A DNA stretch of 33,144 bases from Gemmatimonadales bacterium. Its GTDB lineage: Bacteria > Gemmatimonadota > Gemmatimonadetes > Gemmatimonadales > GWC2-71-9. Shown piece by piece: positions 10,457 to 17,933 of the stretch (its first letter is position 1; every line of letters begins with the position of its first letter). A program made the position numbers and the translations under genes. The notes beneath the pieces were generated by a model. It was not told the DNA's origin. It saw nothing but the letters and a program-made list of their open reading frames with translations, and made no database searches. Where the stretch lies: positions 1 through 33,144 of the forward strand of contig JBFJHJ010000034.1 in the NCBI GenBank assembly GCA_041613315.1, written 5' to 3'.

Positions 10457-11938
10457 TTACAGGACGTCCGCGAACGCCGCCCGATAGTCGCGGTACCAAT
10501 CGCTTTGGAACCGCTCGTCGGGATCGTAGCGCCGCTTGAGCCGTAGGAACTGGGGCAGCTGGGGATAGCACGTGCCGACCTGATCGCGGCGAGCGTAGCG
10601 GTGGAAGGCAAGCGCGTAGCTTCCCCCTCGCTGAATCGCGAGATCGATCAGTCCCCGAAAGGCCTCCGCGACCCGGGCAAGCCCCGATGCCGTGTGCTCG
10701 GCGTGCAATTCGACGATCACGCACGCCGAGGTCTGCTGGGCCCAGGCCAGGAACGTCTCGTCGTCACGCTCGATCACCCGGACCGCCGCCGCGACGACGG
10801 GGACCCCGGAGTGGCGGAGGTGCTCCCGAGCATCGGTGAGGAACCCGGCCAGCGCCGGCAGCGGGACGGCAAGCTCCCCCATCATCTCCGACGCCGGCCG
10901 CTGGGCGGCGACGCGGGCATCGAGACGCGCATGGTAGCCGTCGGCGTACGTGGCGAGCTGACAGGTATCCGCCCACACGAGCTGCCCGGCAGCCTCGAGA
11001 CCGGCGGCCGCGACGCGCTGGTACGCCACCGTCGGTCGGGTGTGGGCGAGGGCGACGAGCCCCTCCCAATCCTCCGGCGCGAGCCGCTGGGACTCCGTTT
11101 CCGGCGGCGCTGTGGTCTCCACCGGCCGGTAGCTGGAGAACACGCCGGCCGATAGGAAGTCCTCGGCGGCGGGGTCCGTCGCGAGCCGCACGTTGCCGTA
11201 GAGGGCGCCCGCGGCCTTCCGCCGGGCGAAGGCGGCGGCGAGGTCGGCCACCGCCACGAGCTCCGCCGCGCGTTCCAGCACCCGCCGTGGGACGAGCCGA
11301 AGCGTGACCGCGTACACGATGCCAAACAGCCCGTAGCCGCCCACCGCGAGCCGGAAGAGCTCGGGCTGTTGCGCGCGGCTGCAACGTCGCTCGACACCAT
11401 TGGCATCCACGAGGGTGAACGCCTCGATGTCGGCGACGAAGGGCCGCATCGCGAGGCCGCATCCGTGGATGTTGGCCGCCAGGGCCCCGCCGATGGAGAT
11501 CCGATCGGCGCCGGCCGGCTTCTGCGCGATCCCCCACTGGCGTGGCCGGCCGGCCTGGCGCTCGAGGTAGTGGGCGATGAGCTCGGGCCACTCGATGCCG
11601 GCCTCCACCTCGATCGTGCCTCGCTCGAGGTCGAACGCCAGCACCCGCGACATGAGCGTCGTATCGATGAGCCGCGCCCCCGTGCCGAACTGCTGCCCGC
11701 CCATCGCGTGCCGCCCACCGGCCACGGCCAGCGCCCGGCCTCGCGCCTTCGCCTCACGCACGAGCTCCCGGACGGCAAGAAGGGAGCGCGGCTGGGCGAT
11801 GTCGCTCACCCGGGTGGCGTTGAGCCGGGAATGCACGTCGTTCACGACCACACCTGCCGGGACCGACTCGCCGGCGCAGGCGTACGGCGCCAGCGCCGCG
11901 GCTCCGGCGGCTTGCAGAAACTGGCGGCGGGTGACCAT
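10457..11938 (-). CDS. Tat-exported FAD-binding oxidoreductase (VAO/PCMH family, aldonolactone oxidase-like)
   Basis: TRRQFL twin-arginine signal with lipobox-like APYAC; GGRHAMGGQ FAD motif; C-terminal LKRRYDPDERF; start 11938 or 11944. Confidence 0.85.
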   Translation of the reverse strand: MVTRRQFLQAAGAAALAPYACAGESVPAGVVVNDVHSRLNATRVSDIAQPRSLLAVRELVREAKARGRALAVAGGRHAMGGQQFGTGARLIDTTLMSRVLAFDLERGTIEVEAGIEWPELIAHYLERQAGRPRQWGIAQKPAGADRISIGGALAANIHGCGLAMRPFVADIEAFTLVDANGVERRCSRAQQPELFRLAVGGYGLFGIVYAVTLRLVPRRVLERAAELVAVADLAAAFARRKAAGALYGNVRLATDPAAEDFLSAGVFSSYRPVETTAPPETESQRLAPEDWEGLVALAHTRPTVAYQRVAAAGLEAAGQLVWADTCQLATYADGYHARLDARVAAQRPASEMMGELAVPLPALAGFLTDAREHLRHSGVPVVAAAVRVIERDDETFLAWAQQTSACVIVELHAEHTASGLARVAEAFRGLIDLAIQRGGSYALAFHRYARRDQVGTCYPQLPQFLRLKRRYDPDERFQSDWYRDYRAAFADVL

Positions 11939-11948
11939 GGACATCCCG

Positions 11949-11991
11949 ACCATAGACGACACGCGCGCGGGGAACCGTGTCCACGATCACC
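11949..11991 (-). promoter_or_regulatory. CRP-type box plus -10 (class II geometry) for the FAD oxidoreductase
   Basis: Minus strand GGTGA-TCGTGG-ACACG (11991-11976), 21-nt spacer, TATGGT (11954-11949). Confidence 0.55.
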
Positions 11992-12055
11992 CGCGCTTGG
12001 CTTTGCACGGTCGGCAAGCGTCTATTGGACGCGACTCCTGACCCGGACGACCTCC

Positions 12056-12526
12056 ATGACCCTCGCGACCCACCTCGCGCGCCTCCTTGCCTACGACGAT
12101 TGGGCGAACCGGGAGACGCTGACCGCCATGAAGGCGGCGGATTCGCCGCCCGCCCGGGCGCTGCGGCTGCTCGCCCACATCGTGGGAGCCGAACGGCTCT
12201 GGCTCGGCCGGCTCGAGGGGGAGCCGCCCACGACGCCGGTCTGGCCCGAGTGGACCCTCGCGGAATGCGAACTGGGACTGGCCGAGTTGCCCGGCCGCTG
12301 GCGCGACGTCCTGGGGGACCTCGGGGCGGCGAACCTTGCGCGCCGTGTGGCGTACACCAATACGAAGGGTGAGCCCTGGGAGAACACCGTACTCGATATC
12401 CTGACCCACGTCGTGGTCCATGGGGCCTACCATCGGGGCCAGATCGCGGCGGATCTCCGGGCCGCCGGCCGGGAGCCGGCCTATACGGATTTCATTCATT
12501 CCGCCCGAAAACGATATATTGAGTGA
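12056..12526 (+). CDS. DinB/YfiT family protein
   Basis: YDDWAN, AHIVGAERLW and HVVVHGAYHRGQI His motifs; true start ATG 12056 (the ORF-track N-terminal extension is antisense to the oxidoreductase). Confidence 0.92.
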   Translation: MTLATHLARLLAYDDWANRETLTAMKAADSPPARALRLLAHIVGAERLWLGRLEGEPPTTPVWPEWTLAECELGLAELPGRWRDVLGDLGAANLARRVAYTNTKGEPWENTVLDILTHVVVHGAYHRGQIAADLRAAGREPAYTDFIHSARKRYIE

Positions 12527-12537
12527 TGGGCGTCACA
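12522..12537 (+). promoter_or_regulatory. CRP-type box upstream of the Crp/Fnr gene (possible autoregulation)
   Basis: AGTGA-TGGGCG-TCACA, 9/10 match; CAGGCT lies 21 nt downstream. Confidence 0.6.
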
Positions 12538-12600
12538 CAGGCGCCCGGGTCCGGCGGGCAGGCTTGCCGGTAAGTCAAACCCCTGCAATGAGTTAGACCA

Positions 12601-13341
12601 ATGTCCCTGGCCGACTCACTTCGCGACGTCCCGCTGTTCTCGCAGCTCCGCGAGGGCGATATCGAGCGGATCGCCCGCGCGGCCCACGAGCGCACGTACG
12701 CCAAGAACAGCATCATCGCCTTCGCCGATCAGTCGGGGGATGCGCTGTACGTGGTGCTCGCCGGACAGGTCAAGCTGGTGCTCACGGCCGAGGACGGCCG
12801 GGAGGTGATTCTGTCCACTCGGAGCAAGGGCGACTTCTTCGGCGACCTGTCGCTGATCGACGACGAGCCGCTGGACGCCAACGCGGTTGCCATGGAGGAC
12901 TCGACGCTGCTCGTGTTGCGGCGCGACGACTTCCAGCGCTGCCTCGAAGAAATCCCCCAGATGGCGGTCGGCCTGCTGCGCGCGCTCTGCAAACGGCTGC
13001 GCCAGGCGGACAGCAAGATCGGCAGCCTGGTCTTGCTGGACGTGCCCGGCCGCGTGGCCGCGCTGTTGCTCGAACTGGCGGACCAGAACGACGGCGTGAC
13101 GATCGCCCAGCGGGTGACCCATCATCTGATCGCTCAGATGGTGGGCGCGAGCCGGGAAACGGTGTCGCGGACGATGAGCGATCTCGTCGGGCAGGGGCTG
13201 ATCGAGGTGACGCGGCGGGCCTTCACCATCCACAACCGGCGCGAAGGCGTTGCCCCCGCTCGGGATCTCATCGAGGTCAGCCATCGGACGCTCAAGATCC
13301 GCGACCGCGGGGCGCTGGAGACGATGGCGGGCCGCTCCTAA
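12601..13341 (+). CDS. Crp/Fnr family transcriptional regulator (atypical)
   Basis: cNMP-binding beta-roll, C-helix, and HTH with IAQMVGASRETVSR. Confidence 0.93.
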   Translation: MSLADSLRDVPLFSQLREGDIERIARAAHERTYAKNSIIAFADQSGDALYVVLAGQVKLVLTAEDGREVILSTRSKGDFFGDLSLIDDEPLDANAVAMEDSTLLVLRRDDFQRCLEEIPQMAVGLLRALCKRLRQADSKIGSLVLLDVPGRVAALLLELADQNDGVTIAQRVTHHLIAQMVGASRETVSRTMSDLVGQGLIEVTRRAFTIHNRREGVAPARDLIEVSHRTLKIRDRGALETMAGRS

Positions 13342-13396
13342 GCCTCCACCTCCGCCCGGACGCGGCGCACGGTGCGGCAGCGTCCGGAGGGCCTGG

Positions 13397-13552
13397 GTGA
13401 TCCGTACCGAGTGCGTCATCGTGGGCGCGGGGCCCGCCGGTCTCGCGGCTCCTCCGCCGGCGTCCCGTTCGAACTCCTCGCGCAGGCCGACCCTGTCGGC
13501 GCCGCGCGGCATCGTCATTCCCACCGCCTCCACCTCCAGACCGGCAAGACCG
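13397..13552 (+). pseudogene. Frameshifted 5' remnant of a flavin-containing monooxygenase (NAD(P)/FAD oxidoreductase)
   Basis: GGAGGG RBS then GTG; VIRTECVIVGAGPAGLAA continues in another frame as AGVPFELLAQADPVGAARHRHSHRLHLQTGK; similarity then stops. Confidence 0.7.
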
Positions 13553-13714
13553 CGGGCCGTCGCCAAGCGGCGGGCAGTGCGGGCGAGACGCGGGCTCCGG
13601 CGTTACCAGAGGGCGCACGGCCGGGTCTCCACTAACGGGCCCGGCTGGCGGGCCCCTAGCGACCGGTGATTGGCGTCCGGCCTCGCGCCGGGCGGGCACC
13701 AGGGAGAGAAACGG

Positions 13715-14623
13715 ATGCAAGTAATGACCGTGGCGACGCGCGCGTGGTGGTTGCCGATGATGCTCGTCGCCGTGGCGGGCTGCGAGACCCAAGGCACCAG
13801 GGCGATGCGGCAGGAGTTGACACAGCTCCAGACCGTGTCGGCCGAGAAGGACAGCCTCCTCCAGGAGGTCATGGCCAACACCAAGCTCATGAGCGACATC
13901 AGCGCCGAGTTGGCGAAGGTCCAGGACCGCTCGAAGGGGCCTGCGATGCGACTGAGCGGCGAGTCGCCGATCGCGGCCTACCGGGACAGTCTGCTCGAGC
14001 GCATCAAGGACGTGACGGCGCGGGTGAATGACAGCGAGTCGCGGCTGCGGACCGCCCAGCGGCGCATCCGCGCCCTCACGGCCGACTCCGACAGTCTGAA
14101 GGCGCAGATCATCCGATACGACTCGCTGATCGCCGATTTCCAGACGGTGATCGACAACCAGCGCACGACCATCGCCACGCTCACCGAGCAAGTGGACGCG
14201 CTACAGTCGGAAAACGTCCAACTGACGATCCGCAACGTGGCGCTCACCGACACCGTCTCGACGCTCAAGACGAAGGACAAGACGGCGTACTACGTGATCG
14301 GCACTAAGAAGGACCTGCTCGAGCGCGGCCTCATTCGGAAAGAGGGCGGCGCGCGGTTCCTCTTCATCTTCGGCAAGCGGGGCGAGACGCTCGTGCCCGC
14401 CCACGACCTGGACGCGTCCGAGTTCACGCGGATCGACATGTGGACAACGACCGAGATCCAGTTGCCGCGGGACGACAAGGCGTACAAGATCGTGTCGCGG
14501 CAGAACGTGGAGTCGCTGGAGCTGGCGCCCGCCGATGACGGCAAGGTCCGGGGCAGCATCAAGATCGCCAGCCCCGACGGGTTCTGGCTCCCGAGCAAGT
14601 TCCTGATCATCGTCGAGTCGTAA
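13715..14623 (+). CDS. Coiled-coil lipoprotein; C-terminus resembles Bacteroidota Cbp1-like adhesins
   Basis: Lipobox VAGC; long heptad region; C-terminal TAYYVIGTKKDL..GLIRKEGG...FWLPSKFLII domain (family link from recall only). Confidence 0.7.
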   Translation: MQVMTVATRAWWLPMMLVAVAGCETQGTRAMRQELTQLQTVSAEKDSLLQEVMANTKLMSDISAELAKVQDRSKGPAMRLSGESPIAAYRDSLLERIKDVTARVNDSESRLRTAQRRIRALTADSDSLKAQIIRYDSLIADFQTVIDNQRTTIATLTEQVDALQSENVQLTIRNVALTDTVSTLKTKDKTAYYVIGTKKDLLERGLIRKEGGARFLFIFGKRGETLVPAHDLDASEFTRIDMWTTTEIQLPRDDKAYKIVSRQNVESLELAPADDGKVRGSIKIASPDGFWLPSKFLIIVES

Positions 14624-14651
14624 ATCCGGCGGGCGAGGGCGTGCCGACGGG

Positions 14652-14685
14652 CGAGCGGCCCGGGTCTTTGGGCCCGGGCCGCTCG
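14652..14685 (+). terminator. Strong hairpin after the lipoprotein gene
   Basis: CGAGCGGCCCGGG / CCCGGGCCGCTCG, 13-bp perfect stem; weak U-tract. Confidence 0.55.
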
Positions 14686-14737
14686 TGCGTTGGGGGCCGG
14701 TCAGACGGCCGTTCACGAGGCCGGCGGGCCACAATTC

Positions 14738-14780
14738 TGTGACGAACGTCACAACCGTATACGCCACAACGGGTTAAACT
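14738..14780 (+). promoter_or_regulatory. Consensus CRP box plus -10 (class II promoter) for bactofilin
   Basis: TGTGA-CGAACG-TCACA (14738-14753, 10/10, AATT flank), 21-nt spacer, TAAACT (14775-14780). Confidence 0.8.
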
Positions 14781-14849
14781 TCCAGCCCCGCGCACGCCGG
14801 GAGGCCGGCCTGCTGCGGCCCGAACGTTCTTGGTGAGGGAGATCCCACG

Positions 14850-15335
14850 ATGGCGATGTTCCAAGCAGGCAAGGGTGAGGCGCGCCCGGCGAGCCCCCGC
14901 GGCGGCAGCCAAGAGCCCCGGCTCTCGATCATCGCGGCCGGCACGAAGATCACCGGCGAGCTCGAGACCGACGGCATGCTCCGGATCGAAGGGCACGTGG
15001 AGGGGAACCTGCGGGTGAGCGGGCAGCTCCTCGTGGCGAAGGGCGGCGTGGTGTCGGGAGACGTCGCGACCCGGCAGGTGATTGTGGGCGGCGAGGTCCA
15101 GGGTCAGATCCTTGCCGACGAATGGGTGGAGTTGCAGCCGGGGTGCTCGGTGACGGGAGACATCACCACGCCGCGGATCGCGGTACAGGAAGGCGGGGTG
15201 GTGAACGGCCGCCTCAAGATGGCCAAGCCACACGCCATGGAGCAGACGCCCAAGTCCATGGAGCAGAAGGCCAAGTACCCGGCCGGGGCGCGGGAGAAGT
15301 CGGACGCCCCCGTGCCGCTTCGCTCGGTGGGGTAA
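14850..15335 (+). CDS. Bactofilin (polymer-forming cytoskeletal protein)
   Basis: SIIAAGTKITGEL...LRIEGHVEGNL...GDITTPRIAVQEGGVVNGRLKM beta-helix repeats with disordered tails. Confidence 0.93.
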   Translation: MAMFQAGKGEARPASPRGGSQEPRLSIIAAGTKITGELETDGMLRIEGHVEGNLRVSGQLLVAKGGVVSGDVATRQVIVGGEVQGQILADEWVELQPGCSVTGDITTPRIAVQEGGVVNGRLKMAKPHAMEQTPKSMEQKAKYPAGAREKSDAPVPLRSVG

Positions 15336-15359
15336 GCACTCCCCAGCCACGCGATACCG

Positions 15360-15395
15360 AACGGCCCCGCCCACCGCGGGGCCGTTTGCTTGTTC
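15360..15395 (+). terminator. Intrinsic terminator between convergent genes
   Basis: AACGGCCCCGC-CCACC-GCGGGGCCGTT followed by TGCTTGTT. Confidence 0.7.
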
Positions 15396-15428
15396 GTCGG
15401 CCGTTCGGGCGCGCCCGCGGCCGGGCAC

Positions 15429-15755
15429 CTACAAGATGCCCGAGAGCGCCGGGACCTTCCTGGCGATCGCCACCGCCGTGCGACCCAGGTTCACGATGCG
15501 GGACTTGAGCTCGGCCTGGGCGATGTTCAGCCGCGAGGCTTCCTTCACCACGGCGATCAGCTGGTCGTACGTCGCCAGGTCGGTCGCGTCCGGGGTGATG
15601 GCGTCGATCTCCTCCCTGGAGAGGCCAAGCAGCTGGGTGATCGCGTCCGCGTATTCGCCCCGAAATGCCTCGTCGGCGTTGTCCAACGCCCGACGCACGC
15701 GTGCGCGGAACAGCCGGCGGGCCCGCTCGCGAGACGCACCGTGTCCGTCACTCAT
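15429..15755 (-). CDS. Hypothetical helical protein, coupled to the upstream lipoprotein
   Basis: GGGAGGG RBS before ATG 15755; overlaps the stop codon of the upstream ORF; 108 aa, amphipathic helices. Confidence 0.75.
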   Translation of the reverse strand: MSDGHGASRERARRLFRARVRRALDNADEAFRGEYADAITQLLGLSREEIDAITPDATDLATYDQLIAVVKEASRLNIAQAELKSRIVNLGRTAVAIARKVPALSGIL

Positions 15756-16494
15756 GACGCCCTCCCGGGGGCGGACGGTCCCGCCGCGGCCGGGCGACGC
15801 CGGTGGAGTCACCGCTCACCGCCCGGACGCGGGCGGGCAAGGCCTCCAGCGTCGCGCCGAGCTCCGAGAGACGCTCTTCGCCGCGGTCCACCAGTTCGCG
15901 CACGCGAGTGGCCCCATCGAGCAGCCCGCGCAGCGAGTCCGACATCGCGGCCACGCGTTCGCTCACCTGCGCCCGCAGGTCGCCCAGCCCCACGCCGGCG
16001 AGAAACTCCGCCTGCGCATCGTGCACTTTCCGCACCGACGCGAGGTGCCCCGTGATGATCGCGTTCGCGTTCTGCATGCGCTGGTAGGCATCGTCGATCG
16101 CCTGCAGCACCTCCAGTTCCTGTCGCTCGATCGGTTGCCGCAACTCCGCCCGGAACGTCATGATCCGCACGATCGTCTCCTCGGCGAAGATCTCCATGAT
16201 GTCCAGCGGGTCCAACGTGTCGGAGCCGATGGACGCGCGCACCAGGTTCACGAGGTCCAGGGATTCCATCGCGGAGCGGATGAGGTACGGCCGGTAGGTG
16301 CGATCGACGAAGGCGTCCACGTCGGCGTACATGCGACTGAAGTACTGCGACGCCAGCGCGCGGTTGGCGCGGTGCGCCTCGGCGAGGTCCCGCCCCAGCG
16401 TGACGGAGAGCTCCACCGACTCTTGCGGCACACGGGCGCACGCCACCAGTCCCAGCGCGACGCTGCTCCACATCACGCGACGCAACGGCGACAC
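15748..16494 (-). CDS. Hypothetical alpha-helical lipoprotein
   Basis: [11 protein letters not shown] before GTG 16494; lipobox LVAC; coiled-coil-like body. Confidence 0.75.
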   Translation of the reverse strand: MSPLRRVMWSSVALGLVACARVPQESVELSVTLGRDLAEAHRANRALASQYFSRMYADVDAFVDRTYRPYLIRSAMESLDLVNLVRASIGSDTLDPLDIMEIFAEETIVRIMTFRAELRQPIERQELEVLQAIDDAYQRMQNANAIITGHLASVRKVHDAQAEFLAGVGLGDLRAQVSERVAAMSDSLRGLLDGATRVRELVDRGEERLSELGATLEALPARVRAVSGDSTGVARPRRDRPPPGGRHE

Positions 16495-16882
16495 GATGTC
16501 CCCTCCCACGGCCCTCGAAGTGGAGCACGGATGCTGGGCCGAGGCGGGAAAGTGCCCCTCGCGACCCGGTTCCGGAAGGGCGACGACCGACGCCGTCACC
16601 AATGGGCCGAGGGACGTTGCTGGATGGGCGTCACGGTGGGATCACGTCGGCGCGCGCACGCATCAAGCGCCTGCAGTGAGGCTGGCGGTCGATGGCCGGA
16701 TTCCCCGAGACCACACGTAAAGCGCGCTCCTCGAGGCCGGCGACTGCGTCGCCGACACTCGTGGAGCGCGTTCGGTGCCACCGACGATTGCCGCTTACTG
16801 CCGGGTCAACCACCCTTCGGCGCGCGGAACCTCAACGCCCCGAACCCTCCTGTGAGCACCGTTTTGCCCGTGCTGCGCCGGA

Positions 16883-17560
16883 TCACTGCACGACGATCGG
16901 CTGCACGGTGTTTCGGATCTCGAGCTTGACGCGCGAGCCCGCGAGGCCGCCCGCGATCTGGACCTGGTTGTAGCGCCACAGCCGGATCCGCAGGTCGGAC
17001 CGCGCCGGGTTCTGATTCGCCGGGATGGTGTACTCGCCGGTGTCGGGGATCCCGTTCGCCGAGAACGACTGCGTTTCCAGATCGGCACCCGCTGCTTCAC
17101 TGGGCCGGTTCCACGTGACCCGCAACGCCTGGTTCGCCGGCACGGTCGCATTCTGGAGCGGGCTCGTGATCGTGTGCGTTGCGAGCCCGCCGACGACCAC
17201 ACCTTCCACCGTGTCCGTGCCGCGCACCACCTCGAGGCGGAAGTCGCCCGACGGGAACGAGTTCACGGTCGCCGTATACTGGCCGGACCCCGCACCGTCC
17301 TCGAGCAGGTTCGTCGTCCCGATGTTCCCGTTCCGGATGGTCACCGTCGCGCCCGAGATCGGGTTGCCCAGGGCATCCTCCACCTGCACGTCCATCACCG
17401 TGACGAACCCACCAGGGACGTCTTGCGCCTCGATGTCCGCCTGGACCAGGAGCGTCCGCGTCCCGGTGCCGGGGTTGTTGCGTTCGGCCGCCGGCCCCGT
17501 CCCGTCACCGCACGCCAGGAGCAGCAGCGCGGCCGCCGTCATACTTGATGCGAACTTCAT
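16883..17560 (-). CDS. Hypothetical lipoprotein with Ig-like beta-sandwich domains
   Basis: GGAGG RBS; lipobox LLAC-GDGTGP; beta-rich, with a carboxypeptidase-regulatory-like 'GNPISGATVTI'. Confidence 0.8.
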   Translation of the reverse strand: MKFASSMTAAALLLLACGDGTGPAAERNNPGTGTRTLLVQADIEAQDVPGGFVTVMDVQVEDALGNPISGATVTIRNGNIGTTNLLEDGAGSGQYTATVNSFPSGDFRLEVVRGTDTVEGVVVGGLATHTITSPLQNATVPANQALRVTWNRPSEAAGADLETQSFSANGIPDTGEYTIPANQNPARSDLRIRLWRYNQVQIAGGLAGSRVKLEIRNTVQPIVVQ

Positions 17561-17641
17561 GGCCTCCCCCTACGAGATTGCAGGTTGTGCAACGGGCCGC
17601 GGCCAAGTCCCGTCTGGCGCGGGTCCGCTGCGCGTGTCGCC

Positions 17642-17834
17642 ACCTTACGCCACGGCGCTCCCTTCGAGCAATGCGACACATCACATCTTCCGCCCTACGC
17701 GGAGGCTGCGGGCGCGGAGCGTGCCTCGTATCACACGCCTCCGCCGGCGAGCCTCCCAGCTCGATCCCCCGGAGCCCGCGCTCGATCACGGGCCGCAGCT
17801 CGAGCGACCTCCGCGCTGCGTGAGGGAGATCACG
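17642..17834 (-). promoter_or_regulatory. Putative sigma70 promoter with upstream CRP-type boxes
   Basis: TTGCTC-N18-TAAGGT (17671-17642); TGTGA-TACGAG-GCACG (17735-17720); CGTGA-N6-TCACG palindrome (17819-17834). Confidence 0.45.
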
Positions 17835-17872
17835 CGGCGACTCGCCGTGCCCTCAGAGCATCCTTCACAACG

Positions 17873-17907
17873 CCGAAGGGCACGACCCACTCGGGCCGTG
17901 CCCTCGG
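17873..17907 (-). terminator. Hairpin downstream of the 17934-18728 gene
   Basis: AGGGCACG / CGTGCCCT core stem with flanking pairing. Confidence 0.45.
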
Positions 17908-17933
17908 TGTATCCCTCTGCTGCGGGTGGCGCC

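Noticed and set aside
11369..12055. N-terminal extension of the DinB ORF
   Set aside because: Overlaps the oxidoreductase on the opposite strand; the DinB fold starts at ATG 12056
16830..16880. GGGCAAAAC on the minus strand suggesting a c-di-GMP-I riboswitch
   Set aside because: Lacks the GNRA stem and the downstream GACGCAAAGC element
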